DNA from: Alphaproteobacteria bacterium
GTDB lineage: Bacteria; Pseudomonadota; Alphaproteobacteria; MPNO01
Assembly: GCA_965248835.1 (NCBI GenBank)
Contig: CBDFLJ010000002.1
Location: forward strand, 1,824,001 to 1,888,000
DNA length: 64,000 nucleotides
Direction: 5' to 3'
The notes beneath the pieces were generated by a model. That model searched no databases, was not told the origin of the DNA, and saw only the letters and a list, made by a program, of their open reading frames with translations. Below, piece after piece: positions 1 to 10,953 of this stretch. Position numbers and translations under genes: made by a program. Numbering within the stretch: the stretch's first letter is position 1; the number at the start of each line of letters is the position of its first letter.

Positions 1-1244
1 CCATAGCGGATAAAGGCGACGAAGGCGAGGAACGCGCGCGCTTCGTGTCCGAGCCCGGCGAAGGGAAACCGCAGCAGCCGGTTGAAGGTCTGGATCGCAC
101 GGTAACCCGGATGCTCGCGCCAACCGACATCGGCCAGGTGGCAAGCGACCAGCCGCAACCGGCGGCGGCCCTGATGGCGGCCCTCGAACAGCGGCTCGAT
201 CCAGTCGAACAACACCTTGCCGGTGGCGCCGAAACGCGCCTCGCGCGCGGCCAGCGCCTCGGCTGCGACCATCACCGGGTCCAGCGCTCGTTCCGGCTCG
301 CTCAACCGGGTGAACAGGAAGCCCTCGCGCAGGCCCTGGGCGGAGAACACGACCCGGTTGGTTGCTGAAGCGGCGAGCACTACGCGCATCAGGTCGCTGG
401 CCAGCGGCAGAGTGTCGCGCCTGCGGCGGGCGATGCCGGGGATCCGATATAGCGAGCGCGGGCTTAGCGAGGCGATCAGGTCGGTGATATCGCGCATGTC
501 GGCGGCCGACATCGCATAGCCGTCGATCATGTGCAGCGGATGGCCGGTATGAGCCATGTGCAGCCGTGCAACCGCGCGCCAGGCGCCGCCGACCGGATAG
601 AAAGTCCGCCCCTTGCCGCCGCGCAGCCAGTCGATCTCGGAGACCGCGCCATCGATGCGCTCGAGCGCGCCGGCGCGGTCCGCCGCGTGCCCGGCGCGGA
701 GCCGGAGGATGCCGAGCGGCAAGGTGGTGTGCCGGCGCAGCGCACCGTTGTGAACCTCGATCAACTCCAGGCTGCCGCCGCCGAGGTCGCCGATGATCCC
801 ATCGGCGTTGGGGATCGCCGAAATCACGCCCAGGGCCGAGATACGCGCCTCGTCCTCGCCGGTCAGAACCGTAACGGGCTCGCCGCAGATGCGCAGCACC
901 TGCTCGGCGAAGTCCGCGCCGTTGACCGCATCGCGCACCGCCGCGGTAGCGATCAACGAAAGCTGCCGGACACCCATGCCGCGGGCGAGCCGGCTGAACC
1001 GATTGATCGAGCGCAGCGCCTCCTCGATCGCGGCCGGGCTCAGGCGGTCGGCGCGCTCGAGGTCGCGGCCCAGCCCGCAGAACGCGCTCTCGTTGAACAT
1101 CACCAGCGGCGCCCGCGAGACACCGTCATAGACCACGAGCCTGACGGTGTTCGATCCGATATCGACGACACCGACGGGCCGCCCGGCAGCCACCCCGGCA
1201 TCGCTCCCGGGCGCGGCACCGAACATGCGCGCCGGTTCACTCAT
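1..1244 (-). CDS. ppx: Ppx/GppA family exopolyphosphatase (3' end runs off the window)
   Basis: Absent from the ORF track; translated by hand from ATG at 1244: MSEPARMFG...PVGVVDIGSNTVRLVVYDGVSRAPLVMFNESAFCGLGRDL. DIGSN is the Ppx/GppA motif, and the gene lies directly downstream of ppk1. Confidence 0.9.
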   Translation of the reverse strand, partial: MSEPARMFGAAPGSDAGVAAGRPVGVVDIGSNTVRLVVYDGVSRAPLVMFNESAFCGLGRDLERADRLSPAAIEEALRSINRFSRLARGMGVRQLSLIATAAVRDAVNGADFAEQVLRICGEPVTVLTGEDEARISALGVISAIPNADGIIGDLGGGSLELIEVHNGALRRHTTLPLGILRLRAGHAADRAGALERIDGAVSEIDWLRGGKGRTFYPVGGAWRAVARLHMAHTGHPLHMIDGYAMSAADMRDITDLIASLSPRSLYRIPGIARRRRDTLPLASDLMRVVLAASATNRVVFSAQGLREGFLFTRLSEPERALDPVMVAAEALAAREARFGATGKVLFDWIEPLFEGRHQGRRRLRLVACHLADVGWREHPGYRAIQTFNRLLRFPFAGLGHEARAFLAFVAFIRY

Positions 1245-1261
1245 CGCCGTAGGGTCATCGT

Positions 1262-3454
1262 TCAGGCCGATTCCTTCACCTGACCCTTGTGCACCGCGCT
1301 GCCGCGTCCGGAAAGACTCGGGTTGGTCATGAAGTAGTCGTGCGCGCTGAAGGCGCCTGCTCCCGCCTCGACCCGCCGGTACCCGCCATCGGCCTCGAGC
1401 TCCCAGCTTTGCGCCTGATCGAGCATGTTGGCCTGCATGATCCGGCCGAGCACCTGCTGATGGACCGTCCGGTTGATGACCGGAATCAGCGTTTCGACGC
1501 GCCGGTCGAGGTTGCGCGGCATCCAGTCGGCCGAGGAGATATAGACTTTCGCCTGCGGCGAACCGCTCTCGTGACCGGCGCCGAAGCACACGATCCGGCT
1601 ATGCTCGAGGAACCGGCCGATGATCGACTTGACGCGGATGTTCTCCGACATGCCGGGCACGTTCGGACGCAGACAGCAGATACCGCGGACGACGAGATCG
1701 ATTTCCACACCGGCCCGGGAGGCGGCGTAGAGGCGGTCGATCACCTCGCCGTCGACCAGGGAGTTCAGCTTGGCGAGGATCCAGGCCGGTTTTCCGGCCC
1801 GCGCGTTGTCGATCTCCTGGTCGATCAGCCCCAGCAGGGTCTCGCGCAGGTTGATCGGCGAGACCGCGATGTGCTCGGTCCTGCCCGGCTCGCCGGTGCC
1901 GGTCATGTAGTTGAACAGTTTCGCCGCGTCGCGGCACATCGTCTTGTCGCACGTAAAATACGACAAGTCGGTGTAGATCCGCGCGTTGACCGGATGATAG
2001 TTGCCGGTCCCGAAATGAACGTAGGTCTGCAGGCCGTTATGCTCCCGGCGAACGACCAGCGACACCTTGGCGTGGGTCTTCAACCGGACGAAACCGAAGA
2101 CCACCTGGGCGCCGGCCCGTTCGAGGTCGCGGGCCCAGCGGATGTTGCGCTCCTCGTCGAAGCGGGCCTTGAGCTCGACCAGGGCGGTGACCGACTTGCC
2201 GGCCTCGGCGGCGTCGAGCAGCGCGCGGACGATCGGCGAGTTCTCGCCCGTCCGGTAGAGCGTCTGCTTGATCGCCACCACGTCGGGGTCCTCGGCCGCC
2301 TGGCGCAGGAACCGTGCGACGACATCGAAGCTTTCATAGGGGTGATGGACGATGATGTCCTTCTGGCGGATCGCCGCGAAACAGTCGCCGTCATAGTCCT
2401 GGATGCGCTCGGGAAAGCGCGGCGTATGGGGCTTGAAGACCAGATCCGGGCGATCGCCCACGATGAGCTGGCTGGTCTCGGCCAGCCCCAGCAGGCCGTC
2501 GACATCGAAGACGTCCTCGTCGACCACGCCGAGGCTGTTGATCAGGAAGGTGCGGAGCTGCGGCGGCACGTCGGCATTGATCTTCAGCCTGATCACCGAG
2601 CCCAGCCGGCGCTTGCGAAGCAGCTCCTCTGACTCGCGCACCAGGTCCTCGGCCTCCTCCTCGATCTCGATATCGCTGTTGCGGATGACCCGGAAGACCC
2701 CGATGTTGCGGATCTCGAAGCCGGGAAAGAGTTGATCGAGGTAGATCTGCACGATCTGCTCGAGCGCGATGAACGCGGCCTTTCGCGTCGGCAGCCGCAC
2801 GAAGCGGTCGATCGCCGGCGGCAGGGCGACCAGCCCGGCCAGCTCCTCCTCGTCGCCGGGCCGTTTCATGCTAAGCACCAGCGAGAAGCCGAAATTGGGG
2901 ATGAACGGAAACGGATGCGCCGGATCGATCGCGACCGGGGTCAGCACGGGAAAGATCTGGTCGATGAAATGGCTCGATAGCCAGGCGCCCTCCTCCGCGC
3001 CGAGATCTTCGGGATCGAGCACCTCGATCCCCGCCTCGCCGATCGCGACCCGAAGGTCGCGCCAGCAGCGCTGCTGCTCGCGCATAAGGACATGGGCGCG
3101 TTCATTGATCGCTTTAAGCTGGGCGCTCGGGGTCAGGTCGTCCTGGCTGGGGGTGGTGACGCCGGATTCGACCTGGCCCTTGAGGCCGCCGACCCGGACC
3201 ATGAAGAACTCCTCCAGATTGGCCGCGGAGATCGACAGGAACCGGAGCCTTTCCAGCACGGGATGAGCGGGGTTCCAGGCCTCTTCGAGAACCCGCTCGT
3301 TGAAGGCGAGCCAGGACAGCTCGCGGTTTATGAATCGAGCCGGGCTGGCGAGCAACGCCGCCCCGTCGGAATATGCCGAGACGGTCGAGGCAGGCTCGAC
3401 CACGTCGACCGGCGCGTCTACCATCAACTGGTCATCCCGATCTGCGTCATCCAT
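1262..3454 (-). CDS. ppk1: Polyphosphate kinase 1
   Basis: [58 protein letters not shown] motifs. Confidence 0.97.
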   Translation of the reverse strand: MDDADRDDQLMVDAPVDVVEPASTVSAYSDGAALLASPARFINRELSWLAFNERVLEEAWNPAHPVLERLRFLSISAANLEEFFMVRVGGLKGQVESGVTTPSQDDLTPSAQLKAINERAHVLMREQQRCWRDLRVAIGEAGIEVLDPEDLGAEEGAWLSSHFIDQIFPVLTPVAIDPAHPFPFIPNFGFSLVLSMKRPGDEEELAGLVALPPAIDRFVRLPTRKAAFIALEQIVQIYLDQLFPGFEIRNIGVFRVIRNSDIEIEEEAEDLVRESEELLRKRRLGSVIRLKINADVPPQLRTFLINSLGVVDEDVFDVDGLLGLAETSQLIVGDRPDLVFKPHTPRFPERIQDYDGDCFAAIRQKDIIVHHPYESFDVVARFLRQAAEDPDVVAIKQTLYRTGENSPIVRALLDAAEAGKSVTALVELKARFDEERNIRWARDLERAGAQVVFGFVRLKTHAKVSLVVRREHNGLQTYVHFGTGNYHPVNARIYTDLSYFTCDKTMCRDAAKLFNYMTGTGEPGRTEHIAVSPINLRETLLGLIDQEIDNARAGKPAWILAKLNSLVDGEVIDRLYAASRAGVEIDLVVRGICCLRPNVPGMSENIRVKSIIGRFLEHSRIVCFGAGHESGSPQAKVYISSADWMPRNLDRRVETLIPVINRTVHQQVLGRIMQANMLDQAQSWELEADGGYRRVEAGAGAFSAHDYFMTNPSLSGRGSAVHKGQVKESA

Positions 3455-3570
3455 GGCGATCGATCACAGCAGCCCCAGTGGCACGGAAGGGTTTATATTT
3501 TCGTGACGATCGTCAAGCCGCGCCTGGTCCCCGAAGCGATCTCCGGCGCTCGCGAACCAAGTGGAAGGTC

Positions 3571-4140
3571 ATGCGCAGGCTCTATCTGCTAAGGCACGCG
3601 AAGTCCGACTGGTCCGATGGGATCCTGGAGGACTTCGACAGACCGCTGTCCGAGAGGGGCCGGCGTGATGCGCCGCTGATCGGCGCCTACCTCGCCGCGT
3701 GCGCGGCGTCACCCGGGCTGGTGCTGTGCTCTTCCGCACGGCGCACCGTCCAGACTTGGGATCTCATCGGCCGCCGGCTGGACGGCGCACCACGGTGCGA
3801 ACTGCGCGAAGACCTCTATCTCGCCACACCGGACCGGATCATCGCCGCGATCCGCAGCGTCGACGAGGCGGCGGACTCGATGATGCTGATCGGGCACAAT
3901 CCGGGCATCCACGCCGCCGCGGTGAGCCTGGCTGCCGCGGGCACGGATCGTCTGGTCAGCCGGATGCGTCTGAAATATCCGACCGGGGCTCTGGCGGTCA
4001 TCGACTTCGAAACGGCGCGCTGGGGCGATATCGGGCCGCGGGCGGGATCGCTGGAGAGCTTCGTGCGGCCAAAGGATCTGCGCGGTCCGGATGCCGCCGC
4101 CCGGCTTGCGCGTGGCCGCCGGTTGGCCGAGACTTCCTGA
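3571..4140 (+). CDS. sixA: SixA-like histidine phosphatase
   Basis: MRRLYLLRHAKSDW, CSSARRTVQT, LIGHNPG. Start moved to ATG 3571. Confidence 0.9.
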   Translation: MRRLYLLRHAKSDWSDGILEDFDRPLSERGRRDAPLIGAYLAACAASPGLVLCSSARRTVQTWDLIGRRLDGAPRCELREDLYLATPDRIIAAIRSVDEAADSMMLIGHNPGIHAAAVSLAAAGTDRLVSRMRLKYPTGALAVIDFETARWGDIGPRAGSLESFVRPKDLRGPDAAARLARGRRLAETS

Positions 4141-4166
4141 TAAGAATTGTTCGACGGAGCCCGCGA

Positions 4167-5411
4167 ATGCACCCGGTACAACTGTTTTGCTGGCACTTCA
4201 TGGCCTACCCCTACCTGCCGGCGGACTTCGACGAGCGCTACGACACCGGCTGGGTGACGGTGCCCAACGCGCTGTGGGACCGCGAAAGGACCGACGGCCT
4301 CTATCAGGACTATATCGACCAGCTCGTCTACGGCGAGGAGCTCGGCTTCGACGGGTTGGTGCTGAACGAGCACCACCAGAACATCTACGGGTTGATGCCC
4401 TCGCCCAACGTGATCGCCGCGGCGCTGACCCAGCGGACCGACCGGGCGAAGCTGGTGGTCCTGGGCAACCTGCTGCCGCTGCACCTCAACCCGCTGCGGG
4501 TGGCCGAGGAGTACGCGATGATCGATTCGATCAGCGGCGGGCGCCTGATCGCCGGGTTCGCGGTGGGCGGCGGTCCGGAGGCCTACAACTACAATGTCCC
4601 CTCGCCGCAGTCGCGCGGGCGGTTCTACGAGGCCATCGACCTGATCATCCGGACCTGGACCGAGGACGGCCCGTTCGAGCACGAGGGGCCGAACTACCCT
4701 TTGCGCTACGTCAACATCTGGCCCAAGCCGCGGCAGGTGCCGCACCCGCCGGTCTGGGTGCCCGGCAGTTTGAGCACGGAAACCATGACCTTCTGCGCCC
4801 AGCGCGGCTTCGACTATTTCCTGTCCTCACGCACCCATGGGGCGGCGACCCGCATGGCGCGCGAGCGGTTCTCCGCGATCCTGAACGACCATGCAGACAG
4901 CTACCATCCGTTCCGGATGGGGGTGCTGCTGTCGGTCTATGTCGCCGAGACGGACGAGCAAGCCAAGGCGGAATCCCGCGAAGGGGTCTGGTATTTCCTC
5001 AAATACTGCCTGAAGGGTCATTTGCGCCGTATCGGCCGGACGCTGACATTCGGGGCGGGCGTGCCGTCCCAGTCGGTCTCCTCGTGGGAAGCGTTCCTCA
5101 GGAACTCGACGCCGGGCGCACCCATGCTGGGCGATGCCGACAGCTGGGAGGAGCTGGAGCAGATGGCATCGATCATCGTCGGCAGCCCGGCCACGGTGAT
5201 CGAGCGGCTGTGGCCGCTGATCGAAGAGGCGCGCGTCGGCAACCTCTTGATCCAGTTCCATTTCGGCAACATGGACGGCGATCTGGCGCGCGAGAGCATG
5301 CGGCTGTTTGCAACCGAGGTCGCGCCGGAACTGCGCGCGCGCTCGGCCGCCCTGTTCGACCGCGAGTATCCGATGCTGCAGGATCTGCCGGCCGCCGGTG
5401 CGGCCGAATGA
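4167..5411 (+). CDS. LLM-class (luciferase-like) flavin-dependent oxidoreductase
   Basis: GFDGLVLNEHHQ, PLRVAEEYAMID..SGGRL, PKPRQVPHPPVW. Start ATG 4167. Confidence 0.88.
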   Translation: MHPVQLFCWHFMAYPYLPADFDERYDTGWVTVPNALWDRERTDGLYQDYIDQLVYGEELGFDGLVLNEHHQNIYGLMPSPNVIAAALTQRTDRAKLVVLGNLLPLHLNPLRVAEEYAMIDSISGGRLIAGFAVGGGPEAYNYNVPSPQSRGRFYEAIDLIIRTWTEDGPFEHEGPNYPLRYVNIWPKPRQVPHPPVWVPGSLSTETMTFCAQRGFDYFLSSRTHGAATRMARERFSAILNDHADSYHPFRMGVLLSVYVAETDEQAKAESREGVWYFLKYCLKGHLRRIGRTLTFGAGVPSQSVSSWEAFLRNSTPGAPMLGDADSWEELEQMASIIVGSPATVIERLWPLIEEARVGNLLIQFHFGNMDGDLARESMRLFATEVAPELRARSAALFDREYPMLQDLPAAGAAE

Positions 5412-6226
5412 CCGGACGGGCGATCACGCTGAGCAGGGACCGCACGGTGTGGCTGGCCGAGGCCGGCAGCGGCCTGCCCCTGGTCTATCTCCACGGCATC
5501 GCGGACGTCCACGGCGCGGCCTTCGACCTTCTGCCCTTCCACCGGGCGCTTGCCCAGGGCTGCACGGTCATCGCACCCGCCCACCCGGGCTGCGCGGAGA
5601 CCACCGAGGACGAGACGATCGAGACCATCGACGACCTGGTCTTTCACTATCTCGAGGTGCTGGACGCGCTGGATGTGGATGCGTTCGAGCTGGTCGGCGC
5701 GTGCATCGGCGGATGGATCGCCGCCGAGATCGCCATCCGCCACCCCGACCGGGTGCGCGGGCTTACCCTGATCGGCGCCACCGGGCTGTTCGTCTCCGGC
5801 GCGCCGATCGCCGATGTGTTCTGGGAGACCCACCCGACCGACGGCGTCTCGCTCGCTCCGCTGCGCCGGCTGTTGTTCGGCGACGGCGATTGCGATGCCG
5901 CGCGGGCCATGTTCCCCGACATGCGCGGCGAGATCGACCAGGAGCTGTTGCGCTACAAGCTCTTCCGCTTCGCATCGCGGATCGGCTTCAGCCCACCCTA
6001 TCTCTACAACCGGTCACTGGTCGACCGTCTGAGCCGCTACCGCGGCCCGTCGCTTGCAGTCTGGGGCGCGGACGACCGCATGGTCCCGCGCAGCCATGCC
6101 GAGACCTATGCGCGGGGGTTGGGTGATGCCCGGCTGGAGATCGTTGCCGACGGCGGCCACAGCATCCATGTCGAGCGGCCCGAAGAGGTCGCGGCACTGG
6201 TCGAGGCCTTCCTCGCGGCCCGATGA
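5408..6226 (+). CDS. Alpha/beta fold hydrolase
   Basis: LVYLHG, GACIGG elbow (Cys at the nucleophile position), WGADDRMVP, GGHSIHVERP. ATGA overlap with the upstream gene. Confidence 0.85.
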   Translation: MTGRAITLSRDRTVWLAEAGSGLPLVYLHGIADVHGAAFDLLPFHRALAQGCTVIAPAHPGCAETTEDETIETIDDLVFHYLEVLDALDVDAFELVGACIGGWIAAEIAIRHPDRVRGLTLIGATGLFVSGAPIADVFWETHPTDGVSLAPLRRLLFGDGDCDAARAMFPDMRGEIDQELLRYKLFRFASRIGFSPPYLYNRSLVDRLSRYRGPSLAVWGADDRMVPRSHAETYARGLGDARLEIVADGGHSIHVERPEEVAALVEAFLAAR

Positions 6227-6729
6227 TCAGGGCCTGCACCCGGGCCGATTTCGAGCGCACGCTCGCCATCATCAACGCGGCCGCCGAGGCCTATCGCGGC
6301 ATCATCCCGGCCGATCGTTGGCAGGAGCCTTACATGCCGGCCGAGGCGCTGGCGCACGAGATCGAAGCGGGCATCGCCTTCGACGGCTACGAGGTGGAGG
6401 GGCCGGGACTCGTCGGCGTGATGGGAGTCCAGCCGGTCCAGGACGTGACCCTGATCCGCCACGCCTACGTCGATCCCGGCCATCAGCGCTCGGGCATCGG
6501 CTCGTCGCTGCTGCAAGGGCTGCTGCGGCGCCAGGACATGCCGGTCCTGATCGGCACCTGGGCCGCGGCGACCTGGGCGATCGCGTTCTACCGCCGGCAC
6601 GGGTTCACGCTGATCCGAGAGCCGGAGAAGTCCGCCCTGCTGCGGCGTTACTGGACTATCCCCGAGCGCCAGATCGAGACCTCGGTGGTGCTGGCCGATC
6701 CGGTATGGTGCGCGCGGGCCGATGGCTGA
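6223..6729 (+). CDS. GNAT family N-acetyltransferase
   Basis: HAYVDPGHQRSGIGSSLL acetyl-CoA motif; AIAFYRRHGF. Confidence 0.88.
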   Translation: MIRACTRADFERTLAIINAAAEAYRGIIPADRWQEPYMPAEALAHEIEAGIAFDGYEVEGPGLVGVMGVQPVQDVTLIRHAYVDPGHQRSGIGSSLLQGLLRRQDMPVLIGTWAAATWAIAFYRRHGFTLIREPEKSALLRRYWTIPERQIETSVVLADPVWCARADG

Positions 6730-7936
6730 GCCGCCGGTGCTGATCGCGGGCGCCGGGCCGGTCGGGCTGATGCTGGCGCTCGGGCTCGCCAGGGCGGGCC
6801 ACCCGGTCGAGGTCTTCGAGGCCCGTCCCGATCAGCACGACCAGCCGCGGGCCGCGACCATCCACCCTTCGACCCTCGACATGATGGACGACTACGGCCT
6901 GTACGCGGAGATCGAGCCGCAGGGCCTGGTCGCGCCCATCGTCCATTATTGGGACCGCGCGGCCGACGCGCTGATCGCCGCGTTCGACCACGCGGTGCTT
7001 GACGGCGAGACCCGCCATCCCTGGGTGTTGCAGTGCGAGCAGAACAAGATCGAGCAGTCCGCCTACGACCTCCTGCGCGCATTCCCCCACGCCGCGGTCC
7101 ATTTCGCAACGCCGCTGGTCGGGCTGAGCCAGGGCCCGGACGCGGTGAGCGCGACGGTGGCGGGTCCGGACGGCACCACACGCACCGTAAGCGGCCGCTA
7201 CCTCGTCGGCTGCGACGGCGGCAGATCGGTGGTGCGCGAGACCCTCGGCATCGCCTTCGAGGGCTTCACCTATGCCGACCGGGCGGTGATCATCGGCACG
7301 CCGTTCGACTTCATGGCAGCCAAGGGTTATGCGCTGCGCAACTACTTCTCCGACCCTGACCAGTGGGCCAACCTGTTCAAGATCTCCTGGACCGGCTCGC
7401 CCGGGGTATGGCGTCTGGTGCTGCCGACGCGGCCGGAAGAGCCGGAAGAGGAGATCCTTTCGCAGGCCGGCCTTCAGGAGCGGCTGCAGCGCTTCCATCG
7501 GCTCGACGGCGATTACGAGATCACGCTGGCGAACCTCTATACCGTCCACCAGAGGGTCGCCGCGGACTTCCGCAAGGGACGGATCGTGCTGGCCGGCGAT
7601 GCCGCGCATATCAACAGCCCGATCGGCGGGCTCGGCATGAACACCGGCCTCCACGACGCGGTGAACCTGGCGGAGAAGCTGGATCGGTTGCTGCGCGGCG
7701 AGGCCGAGGACGCCATTCTCGACCGGTACACCCGCCAGCGCCGCCATGTCGCGCTTGCCCACACCAAGGCCCAGACCATGCGCAACAAGCAGCGGCTGGA
7801 GGCCCGCGACCCGGCGGTCCGCAAGAGAAACCACGACGCGTTGCGCGCGGCGTCGCGTGATCCGCCGCGCGCCAAGGCGTTTCTGATGCGAACCGCCCTG
7901 ATCGACGGCGTCCGCGAAGCCGCGCTGATCGAATAG
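6722..7936 (+). CDS. FAD-dependent monooxygenase (MhpA/aromatic hydroxylase family)
   Basis: IAGAGPVGL, LVGCDGGRSVVR, LAGDAAHINSPIGGLGMNTGLHDA. Confidence 0.9.
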   Translation: MAEPPVLIAGAGPVGLMLALGLARAGHPVEVFEARPDQHDQPRAATIHPSTLDMMDDYGLYAEIEPQGLVAPIVHYWDRAADALIAAFDHAVLDGETRHPWVLQCEQNKIEQSAYDLLRAFPHAAVHFATPLVGLSQGPDAVSATVAGPDGTTRTVSGRYLVGCDGGRSVVRETLGIAFEGFTYADRAVIIGTPFDFMAAKGYALRNYFSDPDQWANLFKISWTGSPGVWRLVLPTRPEEPEEEILSQAGLQERLQRFHRLDGDYEITLANLYTVHQRVAADFRKGRIVLAGDAAHINSPIGGLGMNTGLHDAVNLAEKLDRLLRGEAEDAILDRYTRQRRHVALAHTKAQTMRNKQRLEARDPAVRKRNHDALRAASRDPPRAKAFLMRTALIDGVREAALIE

Positions 7937-8046
7937 CGCCCCGGGCGGCGCTTCGGGCGGCGCACCGACGATGGTTGCCGCGGACCGGCGGCGTGCCCAA
8001 TATGCCCGGGTCCCGAACGACACGGAATGTTTCGCCGGAGGTGCGC

Positions 8047-9621
8047 ATGAGCGGTGGGGTCGTGCCCGAAGGCTACCGGGTCTATCCGCCCAGGGTGAAC
8101 ATGTATGCCGAGACTGTGGGGCGTTCGATTGCCGCCGGCTGCGGCGCGATGCCGGCCCTGGTCTGGGACGGCGGCGCGCTGACATACGACGCGCTCGACC
8201 GGGCGGTCGGGCGGGTCGCCGCCGGGCTCCTTGAAGCCGGTCTCAACCAGGGCGATACGATCCTTCTGCGGTCCAACAATCGGCCGGAATCTCCGATCCT
8301 GGCGCTCGCCGCCTTTCGGGTGGGCGCGGTGGCGGTGATGTCGAGCTCGCTGCTGCTCCAGGACGAGGTCGGGTATCTCCTGGAGAACTCCGGCGCGCGG
8401 TTCGCCGCAGCGCCGGCCGATCTCGCCGCACCGCTGGCGGCGCTGCTCGCCGGGGGCGCGCTCGACCGGCTGATCGTGGTCGACGGGCCGGCCGAGACCC
8501 CGGGCCAGATCCCCTACGCGTCCTTCGAGACCAGGGAGCCGATCGGATGGACGGCCGATACCGAGGCGATGGCGCCGGCCTTCATGGTCTATTCATCGGG
8601 CACCACGGGCCGGCCCAAGGGCATATTGCACGGCCACCGCTGGGCGATCACGCTGGGCGATCCGGTGGTGCTGTACAACGAATACGAGCCCGGTGACGTG
8701 ACGATGACGCCGGGCGAATTCAGCTTCATGGGCACTTTCGGCAACAACTTCATCGGCCCGTTGCGCGCGGGCGCAACGATTGCGCTCTATTTCGGGCGCA
8801 CCACCCCCCGCGCGGTCCTCGAGGCGGTGGCGCGGTTCAAGGTGAACAAGTTCCTGAGCGTGCCGACCTTCTACCGCCGGGTGCTGGCCGAGCCCGGCGC
8901 CGAGGACGGGCTCGACCTTTCGGCAGTGCGCTTTTTCACCAGCGCCGGGGAGTCGCTCGGCTCCACCGTGCCCGAGCAATGGTCGCTGCGCTTCGAATTC
9001 CCGATCTACGAGATCTACGGTGTTTCCGAGGTCATGACATGCATGGCCAACACCGCCTACGACGAGGTCAGGTGGGGCTCGATGGGCAAGGCCTTGCCGG
9101 GCTATCGGATGGCGATCATGGACGACCGGCTGGAGGAGGTCGCAGTCGGCGAGCAGGGCCGGCTGATGATCCACCGCGACGATCCCGGCATGTTCCTGTG
9201 CTACCACAACCAATGGGAGAAATGGCAGGCCGCCCACAAGGGTGCGTGGTACGACACCGGCGACGTGATGCGCCAGGACGAGGACGGCTATTACTACTAC
9301 CTCGGACGCAAGGACGACCTGTTCAAGTCGCGCGGCTATTTCATCTCGCCGCAGGAGGTGGAGAACGCGCTGCTGAAGCATCCGGCGATCGCCGAGGCCG
9401 CGGTGATCGGCATCCCGGACGATGCCTACGGCAACCGGATCGCGGCCTTCGCCAGGCTCGCCGGCGGCAGCGCCCCGTCGGCGGCGCTGAGCGAAGAGGT
9501 GCTCGCCCAGACCGCTCGGCGGCTTGCGCCCTACAAGCTGCCCAAATCGCTGGCGTTCCTCGAGGAGATCCCCAAGAACGCGGTCGGCAAGATCCTGCGC
9601 AGCGCGCTGCCGAGACAGTGA
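8047..9621 (+). CDS. Acyl-CoA synthetase / aromatic acid-CoA ligase (AMP-binding family)
   Basis: YSSGTTGRPKG, YGVSE, YDTGD, GRKDD, PKNAVGKILR. GGAGG RBS before ATG 8047. Confidence 0.9.
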   Translation: MSGGVVPEGYRVYPPRVNMYAETVGRSIAAGCGAMPALVWDGGALTYDALDRAVGRVAAGLLEAGLNQGDTILLRSNNRPESPILALAAFRVGAVAVMSSSLLLQDEVGYLLENSGARFAAAPADLAAPLAALLAGGALDRLIVVDGPAETPGQIPYASFETREPIGWTADTEAMAPAFMVYSSGTTGRPKGILHGHRWAITLGDPVVLYNEYEPGDVTMTPGEFSFMGTFGNNFIGPLRAGATIALYFGRTTPRAVLEAVARFKVNKFLSVPTFYRRVLAEPGAEDGLDLSAVRFFTSAGESLGSTVPEQWSLRFEFPIYEIYGVSEVMTCMANTAYDEVRWGSMGKALPGYRMAIMDDRLEEVAVGEQGRLMIHRDDPGMFLCYHNQWEKWQAAHKGAWYDTGDVMRQDEDGYYYYLGRKDDLFKSRGYFISPQEVENALLKHPAIAEAAVIGIPDDAYGNRIAAFARLAGGSAPSAALSEEVLAQTARRLAPYKLPKSLAFLEEIPKNAVGKILRSALPRQ

Positions 9622-9631
9622 GCGCAGCCGC

Positions 9632-10405
9632 TTACCAGATCTCGTCCGGGCGCGGATATTCGACCGGGTTGCCCGCGTGATAGACCGGCGCGCGCTTTTC
9701 CAGGAACGCGCTCAGCCCTTCGGCGCAGGCCTGCGTGCGCGACAGCTCCAGCACCCGGTCGATCTCCAACCGCATGTCCTCGGGATTGCGGTCCTTGTTG
9801 CGGTACAGCCGAAGCGTTTCCTTGGCGAACTTGAGCCCGCGGGTCGGATATGACGCGATCCGCCCGGCCCAGGTAAGAGCGGTGTCCATCAGCGCATCGG
9901 CCGGCACGACCTTGTTGGCGAGCCCGATGCGGTGAGCCTCCTCGCCGAGCACGAACCGGCCGGTGAGGATCATCTCGGCCGCGCGGGCGTAACCGATGAT
10001 CTTGGGCAGCACCCGTGGCGAAGCCCACTCGCTCATGAAGCCCGCCGGCACGGCGATCTCGGAGAGCTTCGCGCGATCGGAGACGATCCTGAGATCGCAG
10101 CACAGAGTGAACTCGAACCCCATACCGACGCACACCCCGTCGATCGCAGCGATCGTCGGCATCGGCAGGTCTTCCCACTTGCGGCAGACCTGCTGAGCGA
10201 CCAGGTGGTGATGGTCGTTCATCCACCAGATCACCATGTCCATATAGGCGCCGTCGAGGCCATGGGTTTCCTCGGGGCGCTCGAGCGGGGCGGTCTCGAC
10301 CTTGAGGTCGCCGCCGCCGGAAAAGTTGCCGCCCGAACCGGTCAGGATCACCGCGCGCACGCGCGATTCGCGGATGTCGTCGACGATGCGATCGAGCTCC
10401 AGCGC
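9632..10405 (-). pseudogene. Enoyl-CoA hydratase/isomerase, 5'-truncated
   Basis: Crotonase motifs AVILTGSGGNFSGGGDL and AAIDGVCVGMGFEFTLCCDLRI. Similarity extends upstream only to ALELDRIVDDIRESRV (~10405); an in-frame TAG lies at ~10440 and the usual N-terminal TLNRP..NA segment is absent. Confidence 0.7.
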
Positions 10406-10538
10406 CGGCGCGGCGGCCCGCGCCGGGATCCGACCAGACTACCGGTTCGGCCGCGGCGGTTCGACGCGCCGCATCGCGTTGCGGCGGCGCGATCTTTCGC
10501 CCGGGCTCCGAAGCAGACAGGACAATGAAGGACAAAAG

Positions 10539-10571
10539 GGGACGTCGTACTTTTTCAAAAAACTGCGTCCC
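10539..10571. repeat. Imperfect inverted repeat GGGACG..TTTTT C AAAAAA..CGTCCC
   Basis: gggacgtcgtactttttcaaaaaactgcgtccc, read directly at the left edge of the cassette. Confidence 0.5.
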
Positions 10572-10591
10572 GAACTGGCGAAACCGCCGGC

Positions 10592-10647
10592 TTGACTCAT
10601 CGGAACTGTAAGATTCTATTACCATGTGTCGGATTAAGGAGGTGCCC
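10592..10647 (+). promoter_or_regulatory. Candidate sigma70-type promoter and strong RBS of the cassette operon
   Basis: TTGACT at 10592, an AT-rich tract with only a weak -10 (TCTATT, 17 nt spacer), and AAGGAGGT shortly before ATG 10648. Confidence 0.4.
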
Positions 10648-10953
10648 ATGGATCCCACCGCACTGAAAGGTAAGCTGATCGCCGTCCTCGGCCAGATTCA
10701 GGCCGACAGCGGCCTCGAGTGCCCGGCACTGACCGGCGCCACCAAGCCGATCGAGAACCTGCCCAAGTTCGACAGCAAGGTCTGGCCTGTCGCAATCACG
10801 ATCCTTGCGACCGAGATCGGCGCGACGATCCCGAACGACGTGAACATCTTCGTCGACGAGACGACCAAGCTCCCACGCTCCATCGACGAGACAGCCGTCT
10901 TCGTCTCCGACTTGCTTAGGAAGCAAAGCGAGCAGGAAGCGGCTGCGGCATGA
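10648..10953 (+). CDS. Acyl-carrier-protein-like small protein
   Basis: 101 aa. LPKFDSKVWPVAITILATEIGATIP parallels the ACP consensus LGxDSL...l...lEeefgi.Ip, and SIDETAVFV parallels TvgdlvdyI. Strong RBS; an acpS gene is in the same cassette. Confidence 0.65.
   Translation: MDPTALKGKLIAVLGQIQADSGLECPALTGATKPIENLPKFDSKVWPVAITILATEIGATIPNDVNIFVDETTKLPRSIDETAVFVSDLLRKQSEQEAAAA

Noticed and set aside
45-1283. Plus-strand ORFs at the window start
   Set aside because: Antisense shadows of ppx, which has clear motifs on the minus strand.
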